From Fervidicoccaceae archaeon (GTDB taxonomy: Archaea; Thermoproteota; Thermoprotei_A; Sulfolobales; Fervidicoccaceae): a stretch of DNA of 64,000 bases. Location: NCBI GenBank assembly GCA_038734945.1, contig JAVYOA010000009.1, positions 62,001 to 126,000 on the forward strand. The letters run 5' to 3'. The notes under the pieces were generated by a model. That model did no database searches, was not told the origin of the DNA, and was given only the letters and a program-made list of their open reading frames with translations. A program made the position numbers and the translations under genes. Below, one piece after another: positions 1-10,465 of the stretch (positions within the stretch are counted from its first letter, which is position 1; every line of letters begins with the position of its first letter).

Positions 1-243
1 GACCTTCGAATCAATGTTGAAATTTTCCCTCGAGAACTCCTTTGCTATAGAGATATCGTCCATGTTCCCTGGAACGAAAACAATTGAAGAGGAAATCGCC
101 TTAAGTAGATCAACCACGTCTCCATTGCATTCAACATCTCCATGGACTGCTAACAAATCAAACTGCAGGGATGCGCTTTCCTCCCTCAATCTTTTTAAGT
201 TTGCTACATTACAGTGAATGTCCCCCAGCTGGAGGATCTTCAA
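1..243 (-). CDS. Metallophosphoesterase (calcineurin-like), truncated by window start
   Basis: Own translation of the minus strand from TTG 243: MKILQLGDIHCN...LAVHGDVE...VFVPGNMD, matching the DxH, GD and GNxD motifs; not in the ORF track. Confidence 0.8.
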   Translation of the reverse strand, partial: MKILQLGDIHCNVANLKRLREESASLQFDLLAVHGDVECNGDVVDLLKAISSSIVFVPGNMDDISIAKEFSRENFNIDSKV

Positions 244-320
244 TCAACATCAGCCCAAAGCGCTATTGGAAGAAATCGTTAATAAACCAATTTAGCAAAC
301 TTCAAGTGGGTAGGAGCAAT

Positions 321-599
321 ATGCCAAAGCAAAAGAAAGAGGAGAAAGGACAGACGGGAAGGAGCGCGATTCAGCAGGCAGAAATGAACGTATCCGCACC
401 AACTGAGCTCATAAGGAGAGCTGAGAGAGAGGTAAAGGGAATGGAGTACATAACCCCATTTTCCCTAGCACAGAAGCTCGGAGTCTCGCTGAGCACTTCA
501 AAGAAGATTCTAAAGGCTCTCGAGCAAAATAAGCTGATTGAGGCTGTAAACAGAAACAGAAGATCTCCCATATATATTTCAAAAAAGAATGAGCAGTAA
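321..599 (+). CDS. rps25e: 30S ribosomal protein S25e
   Basis: Basic 92-aa protein from ATG 321; YITPFSLAQKLGVSLSTSKKILKAL...SPIY winged-helix pattern of S25e. Confidence 0.85.
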   Translation: MPKQKKEEKGQTGRSAIQQAEMNVSAPTELIRRAEREVKGMEYITPFSLAQKLGVSLSTSKKILKALEQNKLIEAVNRNRRSPIYISKKNEQ

Positions 600-779
600 A
601 TTTCTCAATTAATAATTTAAAAAACTGATTTTTGCTCAAAATTTTTTGGAAAAGGTTTATTTAGTAGAAGAAACTTTAATGCGATCTCTGAATGCAAAGC
701 TCCCTAGAATATGGAGCATAAGCATATAAGAAAGTGATTCGAATATAAAAATGGAATAAAAAATTGGGGTGAAATTAAA

Positions 780-1139
780 ATGAAGCTAAAGTCCATCTAC
801 GAGGATGAGGATGTGGTCGTTGAGGTAGGACCTCATGACGACGAAATCCCGCAACTCATAATGGATCTCTTCAAGAGAAGAAAGAGACCAATGACATGGC
901 AGCAGCTGAGAGAGCACTTCAGCGCTGTTATCGGGGAAGATAGGCTGAGAAGAGCTCTGAGACAGCTAGTTAAGGAGGAGAAACTTGTTCAGCTAAACAG
1001 AACGACGTATGCAGATCCAGATACGCTGACACCAGAAATGATAGAGGAGCTCGAGGCAAAAAGAAGGATATATTCAGCTAGAGCAAGAAGCTACCTCTAT
1101 GAGTCTATGAGAAGGAGCCTTGAGTCGGAGTCCAACTGA
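780..1139 (+). CDS. Hypothetical winged helix-turn-helix protein
   Basis: GGGGTGA SD; RPMTWQQLREHF...EDRLRRALRQLVKEEKL resembles a wHTH. Confidence 0.6.
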   Translation: MKLKSIYEDEDVVVEVGPHDDEIPQLIMDLFKRRKRPMTWQQLREHFSAVIGEDRLRRALRQLVKEEKLVQLNRTTYADPDTLTPEMIEELEAKRRIYSARARSYLYESMRRSLESESN

Positions 1140-2249
1140 TCAAACTTCAATCAACACATCCATTCTGTTCAAAGGCTTCCCCCCATTCTCTGTAACAACT
1201 ACAGTATTTTCCACTCTCATGCCGAGCTTTCTCGGTATATAGAATCCAGGCTCTATGGTCACAACATCTCCCTCCATGAGGACTTCCTCGCTTGCAGGGG
1301 ACAATGTTGGTGGCTCATGGACCTCAACTCCTACACCATGACCCAGTGAGTGTATGAAGTTGATGTCCAGTCTCCTCCATGAAAGAGCACTCCTCGCCTT
1401 TAGGTCCACCTCCTTTGCAGGTATTCCAGCCCTAAGCATATCCAACGATTCGGAATAGGCAGAAATAAGGGACTCAAGCAAGGGCCTATAGGATGATGCT
1501 CCAAAGAGAATAGTTCTTGTCATATCTGAACAATATGAACCCTTTTTCGCACCTAGGTCAAAGACAACAGCATTCCCCCTCCTCAGCTTCCTTTCTCCAG
1601 GGATAGCATGTGGGTTTGAGGCATTTTCTTCTATAGCAACAATCGGATCGAATGCCAAAGCATCAGCACCCTCTCTAAATATAGTGGAAAGAAGCTCTGC
1701 ATAGATCTCCTTTTCGCTTAATCCTGGTCTCAGTATGTTGATTATCCTTTCAAGAGCTCTTTCGGATATTTCCGAAGCTTTTGAAATTAGCTCAATTTCT
1801 TCTGTCATTTTTATTCTTCTGACCATAGTGATTTCCCTGGAGGCATTAACTACTCTCTTTTTCTTCAAAACTTCCTGAAAGGAGTTGAGCAAAATGGGAT
1901 CGGAATCTACTGCAAGGCTTTCAATGCCTTCGGAGATTTTTGAAACAGCGTCAGCCACAGACCCCAATATCACCGGATAGTCTGGGTGGCTGTTGAATGC
2001 TATTTTGCTTACAGCATAAACCTGCATTTTTCCCTCAACAGCCGTGCTTACTTTCCAAAATTCCATCAGGGGGACTAATGCTATGATTTCATCGGTGTCT
2101 TGTTCTATGTATATTACTCCTCCAGCGTCAACTCCGGTAAGATAGAGAAAGTTCCCTCTGTTTACTATCAGGGCTCCCTGGGCACCGCTTCCCTCGAGAG
2201 CCCTCCTAACGAGCTTTATTTTCTTTTCAACCATTTCAGATGCTCTCAA
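1140..2249 (-). CDS. Xaa-Pro aminopeptidase/prolidase (M24 family)
   Basis: PHA, FDLG, YCSDMTRT, HSLGHGVGVEVHEPP, IEPG and GMRVEN metal-binding motifs; start placed at TTG after GGTGA (frame open to 2282). Confidence 0.9.
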   Translation of the reverse strand: MRASEMVEKKIKLVRRALEGSGAQGALIVNRGNFLYLTGVDAGGVIYIEQDTDEIIALVPLMEFWKVSTAVEGKMQVYAVSKIAFNSHPDYPVILGSVADAVSKISEGIESLAVDSDPILLNSFQEVLKKKRVVNASREITMVRRIKMTEEIELISKASEISERALERIINILRPGLSEKEIYAELLSTIFREGADALAFDPIVAIEENASNPHAIPGERKLRRGNAVVFDLGAKKGSYCSDMTRTILFGASSYRPLLESLISAYSESLDMLRAGIPAKEVDLKARSALSWRRLDINFIHSLGHGVGVEVHEPPTLSPASEEVLMEGDVVTIEPGFYIPRKLGMRVENTVVVTENGGKPLNRMDVLIEV

Positions 2250-2390
2250 GGATTTCACCAATTTATTACTAGAAAGAAGCACTAATTAAGGTCGTTTAAA
2301 GAGAAAAATTATATTATCTCTCAGTATATTCCATAAAATCGTCATATTTTGGAAAATAAAAGATAATTCAAATTAAAAAAGTGATGATGC

Positions 2391-3800
2391 ATGAGCTCAG
2401 ATTCGGATCTCAGCAAGATAGAGAAGCTCTTTAAACCGAAAACAATAGCAGTTGTTGGAGCGAGCAGAAATGTAGCAAAAATCGGAGGAACTATTCTGAA
2501 GAACATTCTGGTCAATGGGTTCAGTGGGAAAGTATATGCTGTCAATCCAGACGCCACTGAAATAATGGGAGTCCCAAGTTATCCATCTCTTCTCGATATA
2601 CCTGATGAAGTTGATCATGCGGTCATTTCCATTCCAGCAGACAAGGTACCTGAAGTCGTGGAGCAAGCTGGCAGGAAAGGGGTGAAAGTTCTCACAATAA
2701 TATCATCAGGATTCAAGGAAACAGGTAGAGCAGACCTTGAGGAGAAAATAGTTGAGCTTGGTAAGAAATACGGCGTGAGAATTTTGGGCCCGAACATTTT
2801 CGGAGTGGTTTACACTCCAACAAACCTTAATGCTACATTCGGTCCAGAGAAAGTGCTGAAAGGAAAGATAGCCTTCCTTACTCAGAGTGGCGCGCTTGGA
2901 ATAGCACTCATGGCATGGACTGCAATGGAGGGGATAGGACTATCCTCTATTGTAAGTTTAGGAAACATGGCTGACATAGATCCAGTGGATCTGGCCAAGT
3001 TCTTTGAGAAGGATGAGAACACCAAGGTAATAGCAATGTACTTGGAGGGGATATCAACAGGAAGAGGTCAAAGCTTTCTAAATGAGTTCAGAAAGATCAC
3101 GAAGAGCAAGCCGGTCATAGCGCTTAAGGCAGGAAGATCAGAGAGAGGTACAAGGGCTATAGCGAGCCACACTGGAAGCTTAGCTGGAAGTGATGCTATG
3201 TATGATTCAGCATTCAAGCAGTCAGGTATATTGCGAGCAAATGACATTGAACAGCTATTTGACTGGGCAAAAATGCTGGCAAGCGTGGAGAGCTTTGAGC
3301 TGAAAGGAAAGGGTTTTGTAATAATAACTAACGGCGGCGGAATGGGTGTTATGGCAACCGATGCTGCTGAGCTCAACGGACTGCCTCTACTTGAGATGAC
3401 AGATAGTTTGAAGCAGCAGTTCAGAAAGAGCATGCCATGGTTTGGCTCACCAAACAACCCAATAGATCTGACTGGACAGGCATCAGCAGATAGCTATGAG
3501 GGAGCAATCAGGACAGCTCTTGAAAGCGATGCAATAACCGGGGCTGTAATAATGTATTGCGAGGTTGGCTTCCTAGATCCAATAGAGCTTGCAAGAAAGA
3601 TCGCATATACTCTGAAGACTTACAACGTGAAGAAGAAGCCTGTAAATGTTGTAATGCTCGGCGGTGAAAAGACCAGGGAGGCTGGAAGGATGCTTGATAG
3701 AGAGGGAATACCAAGCTATAACATACCAGAAAGAGCAGTCTCAGCAATGGCAGCTTTCTACAAGTATGCTAAGTACAGAGCCGATTCATCCCAGCCGTAG
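2391..3800 (+). CDS. ADP-forming acetate/acyl-CoA ligase alpha subunit
   Basis: CoA-binding VVGAS, ILGPN, TQSGALG, phospho-His ASHTGSLAG, NPIDLTG. Confidence 0.9.
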   Translation: MSSDSDLSKIEKLFKPKTIAVVGASRNVAKIGGTILKNILVNGFSGKVYAVNPDATEIMGVPSYPSLLDIPDEVDHAVISIPADKVPEVVEQAGRKGVKVLTIISSGFKETGRADLEEKIVELGKKYGVRILGPNIFGVVYTPTNLNATFGPEKVLKGKIAFLTQSGALGIALMAWTAMEGIGLSSIVSLGNMADIDPVDLAKFFEKDENTKVIAMYLEGISTGRGQSFLNEFRKITKSKPVIALKAGRSERGTRAIASHTGSLAGSDAMYDSAFKQSGILRANDIEQLFDWAKMLASVESFELKGKGFVIITNGGGMGVMATDAAELNGLPLLEMTDSLKQQFRKSMPWFGSPNNPIDLTGQASADSYEGAIRTALESDAITGAVIMYCEVGFLDPIELARKIAYTLKTYNVKKKPVNVVMLGGEKTREAGRMLDREGIPSYNIPERAVSAMAAFYKYAKYRADSSQP

Positions 3801-3918
3801 TAGTCAACAAGCTTAACTTATTCCTTGATCTCTCATTAAAATTTTTACAACCTGAAAGCTCCCTTTTCATGGGAAGAGGAAGTCAAAAATCTTGGTAAAG
3901 CGTCTCAAAAGCTTTTCA

Positions 3919-4923
3919 TCAGGAGGAAGATGGTTCCCTTAGCGCCTTCAGATCGAGAACAATTTCAAGTATGTCTGAGCTGTAGCTGAGTATTCTATAT
4001 ATGCTGAGAATAGCCGAAATGAGGAAAAACCCACATTCATTACTATTTATCTTTATACTTGAAACTCTGTTAATTTCATCATCAATTCTTCGTAAAAGTT
4101 CGACTGTCCTTTCCTGGTTCAACTTCGAAAAATTTCTTATCGCATCCTCTACTATTCTCTCAGCATTTCTTATAACGGAGGAAAGTTCAGGATGTACTTC
4201 GCAATTCGACTTGAAAGCAAAAAGAAGATTATTCGATATATTTGAAATGTGATCGCCGATTCTTTCCATTGCTTTTAAGCCGTGATGATAGTGAAGGGCC
4301 TCAGCCAAATTTCTAATCTTGGAGCTCTGCATGCTGTATTTCCCAGAAAGAACGCCTGAGATGTATCTTGTCAGCGCCAAATATACTTGGTCCACCATAT
4401 CATCCCTTTCAGCAGAGCTTCTCAGCAAGCTTTCATCTCTTCTCTCTAATCCCAATAGTAAATCTTCAAACATGTACTCTATATGCCTGAACATCAAACC
4501 AACGGATTCCTCCATGCTGTGCTCTAGCCTGCTCTCGAGCACCTTCAATGTTATGCACTTTTCATTCTCCTCAATTGTGATAGTGTCCATGGTCTTAGAA
4601 ATGATAATTTTTTTGAACTTATCCATCCATTCAGCCTTATCCGATTTCTCGCTGCAAAAAACGATCAAATCATAACCGGCAATGTAGGCTGATATGGCCT
4701 CCGTAGCAGCTAACGCTGGATTTTCCTTTTGCTTAACCCTGTATACTGATTCCTTAATTTCTCTTTTTTCCTTAATTGGAAGAATTCTGAGAGATCCATC
4801 TGGCTCCACAAGCACTTCAACTTTCGATCCTTTAGCTATGCCACTTCTCTCGGCCCATTCCTTTGGAAGACTTATGATGAGCGAAGATGTTCCTGTGAGT
4901 TGAACAGTTCTAATATAGTGCAT
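3919..4923 (-). CDS. phoU: Phosphate uptake regulator, AbrB-PhoU type
   Basis: RTVQLTGTSSLIISLPKEW AbrB domain; ERDDMVD and MERIGDH PhoU motifs; divergent from pstS. Confidence 0.85.
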   Translation of the reverse strand: MHYIRTVQLTGTSSLIISLPKEWAERSGIAKGSKVEVLVEPDGSLRILPIKEKREIKESVYRVKQKENPALAATEAISAYIAGYDLIVFCSEKSDKAEWMDKFKKIIISKTMDTITIEENEKCITLKVLESRLEHSMEESVGLMFRHIEYMFEDLLLGLERRDESLLRSSAERDDMVDQVYLALTRYISGVLSGKYSMQSSKIRNLAEALHYHHGLKAMERIGDHISNISNNLLFAFKSNCEVHPELSSVIRNAERIVEDAIRNFSKLNQERTVELLRRIDDEINRVSSIKINSNECGFFLISAILSIYRILSYSSDILEIVLDLKALREPSSS

Positions 4924-5019
4924 AAAGGGCTACCTCTATAAATTATTCTATTTCTATATACTAATATATTTTTTATTTGCAACATAAATAAAAATTGCCA
5001 TTTTTTATTTAGATGTTGA

Positions 5020-6219
5020 GTGATGCATATGCTACCCCGAACAATTGTGGCATTCACTTTGGTTGTAGTAGCAATTCTGTCATCCTTAACTCTATATGTA
5101 ATGAAAAGCAGCAATAATGCCAGCACCTATCCAGTAACTACTACGGACTCCCCCGTAACTGCTACTAACCTCTCTGAGAAAAATACATCCGCGATTACCA
5201 CAACAGTGGTAGGAAATGGTTCCAAGATAACTTTGATAGGCTCCGGCTCGACATTTATTTACCCACAACTAGACAGATGGATAAAAGCACTTTCAGAGAA
5301 AAATCCCCAGATAATAATTGAATATAGCCCCAGCGGAAGCGGAACAGGGCAGACACAGTTTATGCAAGGTCTTATTGACTTTGCAGGAAGCGATCCTCCT
5401 CTCACGACCAGCGATTGGGAAAAGGCAAAAAACGATCCTAGGGGAGTGATCCAACTTCCAGTCCTAGTGGGCAGTGTAGTAATAACTTACAATATTCCTG
5501 GGATTGCAAGCAAACTGAAGCTCACAGGTGAAGTTCTCTCCCTTATATATAAGGGTGAAATTGAGTACTGGGATGATAGGAGGATAGCTGAGCTAAATCA
5601 AGGCATTTCCCTACCTCACGAGAAAATTGTTGCTGTTCATAGATCTGATTCGAGTGGTACAACGAACATATTTACTCTTTTCTTGTATAAATCTTCGAAT
5701 GGTCTATGGCCTAGAGACCTTGTTGGAAAAGCTATAGATTGGCCTGTAGACAAGACTGGGAGAGGACTTGGTGGAAAGGGGAATCAAGGTGTTGCAGATA
5801 TTGTATCGAGGACCCCTTACTCACTAGGCTATGTTGAGTATGCGTATGCTTTTCTTCAGAATTTGCCCACAGCTCTCATAATGAACTCCGAGGGCATTTT
5901 TGTTGAGGCAAACATGACAACAATGATGGAAGCAATAAGAGCTAGTATGGATAAGCTCCCACAAAGCCCTGAAGGAGATTTCAATGATTTCTGGAATGCT
6001 GTGATATATTCTCCCGGAAAGCAATCATATCCAGTGACCTCTTTTGCTTTTCTAATTTTTCACAAGGTTTATCCAAGCAACAAGGTAGAGGGAATTAAAC
6101 AGCTAATACAGTTCATAAACAATGAAGGAAGGAACTACATCATTGAGGGCTATGTTCCAATACCAGATGAGCTCGCACGGTTCAATTTGAATAGCCTGAA
6201 TCTTATAGTATCAGGGTGA
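5020..6219 (+). CDS. pstS: Phosphate ABC transporter substrate-binding protein
   Basis: GSGSTF, GSGTG, DFAGSD, HRSDSSGTT, GYVE; N-terminal TM anchor and Thr-rich linker. Confidence 0.95.
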   Translation: MMHMLPRTIVAFTLVVVAILSSLTLYVMKSSNNASTYPVTTTDSPVTATNLSEKNTSAITTTVVGNGSKITLIGSGSTFIYPQLDRWIKALSEKNPQIIIEYSPSGSGTGQTQFMQGLIDFAGSDPPLTTSDWEKAKNDPRGVIQLPVLVGSVVITYNIPGIASKLKLTGEVLSLIYKGEIEYWDDRRIAELNQGISLPHEKIVAVHRSDSSGTTNIFTLFLYKSSNGLWPRDLVGKAIDWPVDKTGRGLGGKGNQGVADIVSRTPYSLGYVEYAYAFLQNLPTALIMNSEGIFVEANMTTMMEAIRASMDKLPQSPEGDFNDFWNAVIYSPGKQSYPVTSFAFLIFHKVYPSNKVEGIKQLIQFINNEGRNYIIEGYVPIPDELARFNLNSLNLIVSG

Positions 6220-6228
6220 ACTTTCCAA

Positions 6229-6957
6229 ATGAGGAGAAACCTCACAGACAAAATTTTTTTCTTCTCCCTCCTATTTCCCTCAGCTCTTGTACTCTTCACT
6301 CTTATACTTATCTTTTATTCCCAACTGAATCTCAGCCTTCCAATATTTGAGAAACAAGGCTTGGAGACCTTTTTAGGAAAGGACTGGAGGCCTAGCAGCA
6401 TTCCTCCTCCTGAAGGAGGAAAATACGGTCTGCTTCCTGCCGTATTTGGCTCACTATATACTTCCACCATAGCTCTTCTGGTATCTCTTCCTCTATCTGC
6501 TAGCGTTATTGTATTTCTCAACGAGATAGCACCGAAGAAAGCAAGAACGCTTTTCTCAGCAATTTTGGACTTAATGGCAGGGCTATGGGAAGAGGTAAAA
6601 GGGAGACTAAAAGACAAACCTTGGAAACTAAGTGGCGGACAGCAGCAGAGGCTGTGTCTCGCAAGAGCTCTAGCAATAAAGCCAAAAATTCTTCTGCTTG
6701 ATGAGCCAACAGCAAATATCGATCCCATCAATACAGTTAAGATAGAAGAGGCTTTGAAGAAGCTAGCCAAGGAAGGGATGACAATTGTTATGGTGACTCA
6801 CATGCCCCAGCAGGCTATCAGAATAGCCAGCCATGCAATTTTCCTATATCATGGATCTGTAGTAGAACAAGGACCAATTTCCAAGCTGGCTTATGCTCCC
6901 AGCAGTGAGCTGACAAAGAATTTTATCTATGGTGAAGTTTCGCATCTCAAAGCCTGA
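6229..6957 (+). pseudogene. In-frame fusion of pstC 5' half to pstB 3' half (pstA absent); probably non-functional
   Basis: PstC-like to ...YGLLPAVFGSLYTS...ILDLMAGL, then PstB-like WEEVKGRL...LSGGQQQRLCLARALA...LLLDEPT...VTH; no Walker A. Confidence 0.85.
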
Positions 6958-7804
6958 AAAAGGTCCTCACGTTATCAATGGAAAGCTTTTCTGCTTCATT
7001 TTCAGATATTCTCCCAGCACTTAGCAGATAGTTCAAACTGCTCCCGATTTCCCAAGGATATATCACTCTTCCTGGTCTTTTGGGATCATCTATAAAATCG
7101 CTTTCAAGAAGCAAAAGTGCAGTTCCTCTGGAAGGAATAGCTGCTTCTAGAAGCTCTTTTTTACCGAGCATAGTTGACCACAGTCCCAAGCTCTGGGAAT
7201 CCTTTGAAACTGCCAGAGTAGAATGATGAATTAGAACATAGTCCTTTTTGAACCCAGTTTTCTCAACTAATTTCACTATGCTTTCTGCTGTGAAGCCCTC
7301 GACTTGTTCCAAGTGAAGCTGCATTAGGCAACCCTCATCCTTAGCAACTGTCATGAATTTTTCTAGGGCTTCTTGGGTTATCAATGCAGAAGGAACCTGC
7401 ACCTTGAAGTGCTGCCTTCCAACTTCACCTATGCCATCTATTTTTCCCTCTCTGCACATCTCTCTCAGAATCTCTGCTATTTTGAATGCATATTCCCTAA
7501 CATTATTAGGATTTATTCCTGCTTCAATGAGCCTATCAATTTCAGCGGGATGAAGACCTGCAAAGCACTTAATCTCTATTCCAGAGCTCCTTGCCTCTTT
7601 ACATCCCCTGCTGTGAAGCTCAGCAAGCTCTCTATATTTCTCCACATCAAATATCACTTTTCCTACATAGTCCCAGGAAGGGAGCATTATAAAAGCTGCG
7701 AACCATCCTCCATGTTCCTTGATTTTCTCCGCAATTTTCTTTGCCCCAATTCCGCTGATAGGATTCGAGTGGGAATGCGCATCAGCAAATGGCAGTTTCG
7801 TCAT
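6947..7804 (-). CDS. TatD-family metal-dependent hydrolase
   Basis: DAHSH, GLHP, GIGEVGR, QLH, IHH, LESD motifs. Confidence 0.85.
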   Translation of the reverse strand: MTKLPFADAHSHSNPISGIGAKKIAEKIKEHGGWFAAFIMLPSWDYVGKVIFDVEKYRELAELHSRGCKEARSSGIEIKCFAGLHPAEIDRLIEAGINPNNVREYAFKIAEILREMCREGKIDGIGEVGRQHFKVQVPSALITQEALEKFMTVAKDEGCLMQLHLEQVEGFTAESIVKLVEKTGFKKDYVLIHHSTLAVSKDSQSLGLWSTMLGKKELLEAAIPSRGTALLLLESDFIDDPKRPGRVIYPWEIGSSLNYLLSAGRISENEAEKLSIDNVRTFFRL

Positions 7805-8013
7805 TGCTCTTTACACCTTTTTAGGATATTCGTTTTCATTGATTAGAAAAGAGACTTTTAAGCATAGCTCACGAGCTTTCTCTTTCCATGCACGCTAATC
7901 TGATTTTCCTTCTTTATGAATAGTTTATGAAGAAGATTAGTAGCTATGAAATATAAGCTTTATAGAGTGCTTATTAGCTATGCTCTTCAACACCATCTCG
8001 TTCAAGTGGTGAA

Positions 8014-8178
8014 ATGTTGAGACAAGAGCTAGAAAATGAGAAGATTGTGGATTTTTTGAAGCAGAAAGTAAGAGAAATAAGCGAACATTCCTATGTAGAT
8101 GTTCTAAATTTTGATTGTGATGAAAAATCATTTCCGCATGATCTTCAAGGAGAAGCCAATATTAGGCAGCTAAGATAA
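8014..8178 (+). CDS. Small hypothetical protein (54 aa), below ORF-track cutoff
   Basis: MLRQELENEKIVDFLKQKVREISEHSYVDVLNFDCDEKSFPHDLQGEANIRQLR*, preceded by GTGGTGA SD, in an otherwise empty gap of about 450 bp. Confidence 0.45.
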   Translation: MLRQELENEKIVDFLKQKVREISEHSYVDVLNFDCDEKSFPHDLQGEANIRQLR

Positions 8179-8260
8179 ATGAATGCACTAAAAACCAGTT
8201 AGTAAATTACTGAAAAAGGACTTCATACAGATCGATGCTAGTAGTATAGAAGCAATAACA

Positions 8261-9061
8261 TCAAATACCACAGGATTGAAGCCTGAACCTTTTATGTGAG
8301 CTGGAAATTACCTTTTTCCAAACAGTTTCAACTTTCTCAATTGGAATCCCGGTGAGCCTTGAAGCTTCTTCAACAGTCTCCTGCCTATCCACGAGCATGT
8401 GCAAGATAGTATCAATTTCCTCATAGCTCAAACCAATTTCTCCCTCCGCCGTCTGTCCTGGCCAAAGTCCTGGGGAGCTAGGCTTTCTCCAAATTTTCTC
8501 TGGCACTCCTAGAAATTTTGCCATCTCTCTGACCTGTGTTTTATACAGGGAGATTATTGGATAGACGTCTCCTGCTCCATCCCCCCACTTAGTAAAATAC
8601 CCCAGAAGAAACTCGCTTCTATCACTTGTGGCGGAGACTAGAAGTTTCCTAGTGTTTGCAAGGAAATATAGAGCAGTCATCCTCACTCTAGCCTTAACGT
8701 TGCCCTTAGCTACCCTCTCAGCAGTACCATAGCTCTCTCCAAACATTTTGAGGATCCCCTCAACAGCTTCACTTATGTCAGCTATCACATACCTTATGCC
8801 CAGGCTGTCAGCAACTAGTTTTGCATCCTCAATTTCTCTGATGTCCGTTTCTCTTTCCGGAAGAATGAGCGCATGGACCCTCTCCTTCCCTACACCTCTA
8901 ACAAGGAGATATGCTGTTACAGCCGAGTCAAGACCGCCACTAACTCCCAATACATAGCCTTTAGCTCCACTTGCATCGAGGTAGTCCTTGACGCACTGAG
9001 AAATCCTATCTGCTGCTCTTGCATAGTCGATCACGGGAACAGCAGGCTGCCTATCCAACAT
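8261..9061 (-). CDS. nadE: NH3-dependent NAD+ synthetase
   Basis: GVSGGLDSA, GNVKARVRM, GYFTKWGDG, LYKTQV, KPSSPGLWPGQ; start at ATG 9061 inferred. Confidence 0.93.
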   Translation of the reverse strand: MLDRQPAVPVIDYARAADRISQCVKDYLDASGAKGYVLGVSGGLDSAVTAYLLVRGVGKERVHALILPERETDIREIEDAKLVADSLGIRYVIADISEAVEGILKMFGESYGTAERVAKGNVKARVRMTALYFLANTRKLLVSATSDRSEFLLGYFTKWGDGAGDVYPIISLYKTQVREMAKFLGVPEKIWRKPSSPGLWPGQTAEGEIGLSYEEIDTILHMLVDRQETVEEASRLTGIPIEKVETVWKKVISSSHKRFRLQSCGI

Positions 9062-9138
9062 GACCCACCACATATTTTCATGATTTTGGAAACAATTATT
9101 ATTTTCCTCATTGAAAGAGCAGAAGAATGGTGTGTGCT

Positions 9139-9669
9139 TTGAAAATAGCCATCTCAATTTCCGCCTATAGTTCTGAGCCAAGAGAAAAGCACAGGGAAAA
9201 AGCTCTGAAGCTCCTAGAGGAGCTTGATTTTCTATTCTCAGAAAGAATTTCCTACTATATTCTGGGAGGATATAGGGGATTAATGAAATATGTTACAGAT
9301 TTCCTTGTTTCAAGAGGGAGGAAAGTGGTGATGATTCTTCCTCTTGAATATGAAGCTGACGACATATCTGAGGACGTCATAAAGATAAGGGCAGGGACAA
9401 CATTCACGAATAGAAACGTTATAATGGTCAGATCTGGGGACGTCCTTCTCTGCCTTGGAGGAGGACTCGGTTCCTTCACTGAAGTTGTTAATGCTCTATC
9501 AATGGGAAAGCTTACTATCGTTCTGAGAAATACTGGCAGCTTGACAGATTCTCTAGAAGGTTTCATGGGGAAAGGAGTTGTCGATGAAAGAAAAGGAGGA
9601 TTTCTAGCGTTCGTAGATAGGGGTAGCGAGGCAGTTGAAATCATACAGAATCGTTTCGCTAGTATATAG
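9139..9669 (+). CDS. LOG/SLOG-family Rossmann-fold nucleotide-binding protein
   Basis: GGYRGLM, RNVIMVRSGD, GGGLGSFTE motifs. Confidence 0.75.
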   Translation: MKIAISISAYSSEPREKHREKALKLLEELDFLFSERISYYILGGYRGLMKYVTDFLVSRGRKVVMILPLEYEADDISEDVIKIRAGTTFTNRNVIMVRSGDVLLCLGGGLGSFTEVVNALSMGKLTIVLRNTGSLTDSLEGFMGKGVVDERKGGFLAFVDRGSEAVEIIQNRFASI

Positions 9670-9779
9670 AGCAACAGGAAAATCCTCATTTCTCGAAAAA
9701 CACGCGCATTGCTTTCTCATTTTTTAGAGCGAGAGACGGTTATAAGCTTGAACTTGCAAGAATTATTCGGTATGGAACG

Positions 9780-10334
9780 ATGAAAATAAGGCATCTCGTA
9801 ATTATAATGCTATTGCTATTCATACTTGGAGGATTCATAGGCTATTCTCTTGCTATGAGCAACCCATATGGATTGGCTAAGGAGCTATTCAACTCATTCG
9901 GAAATAAGGCAAAAACCATAGGATTTGCCCCATTCTCAATAAGATCTGCTTTCCTAATTTTCATGAACAACTTTGCTATTGCCCTTCTAATGATTATCCT
10001 GAGCATAACCATTGTACTTCCATCTGTTGTAGTCTTTCTCAATGGAGCTGTTGCTGGTGTGGTTGTGGCCTTTGCTGAAGGAAATGGAATAAGCATACCA
10101 CTAGCTATTCTTTCCATGATCCCCCACGGACTGTTTGAGCTATCAGCCTTTTTCTTATCAGCTTCGTATGGAACTGCCCTTGGAATTGCTTTCTGGAAAA
10201 GGATCATCGGAAAAAGTGGAAATCTCTCTTCTCTTATAATAAAGCTACCTCTCTATGTCTTTGCAGTGGCAGCTCTTCTCCTGATAGCAGCATTCGTGGA
10301 GACTTTCATTTCTCCCCTCATCCTAACCCTGTAG
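9780..10334 (+). CDS. SpoIIM/DUF95-family membrane protein
   Basis: IFMNN, NG, IPHGLFEL and AAFVE motifs; multiple TM segments. Confidence 0.85.
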   Translation: MKIRHLVIIMLLLFILGGFIGYSLAMSNPYGLAKELFNSFGNKAKTIGFAPFSIRSAFLIFMNNFAIALLMIILSITIVLPSVVVFLNGAVAGVVVAFAEGNGISIPLAILSMIPHGLFELSAFFLSASYGTALGIAFWKRIIGKSGNLSSLIIKLPLYVFAVAALLLIAAFVETFISPLILTL

Positions 10335-10465
10335 TTTTTTGTACTAAAAGCACTTTGAAGCAATTTATATCCTTGATTTAAATTGTTACAAATTTTTTAT
10401 TTTTTCCCACCTTTTTCCCATAAATTTATATAATTATTATATATTAACATTAAATGGTGTAAAGG

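Noticed and set aside
10427..10443. TATATAAT-T-ATTATATA palindrome over the cooF TATA region as a CO-regulator site
   Set aside because: Pure A/T low-complexity sequence, likely to arise by chance; no regulator adjacent
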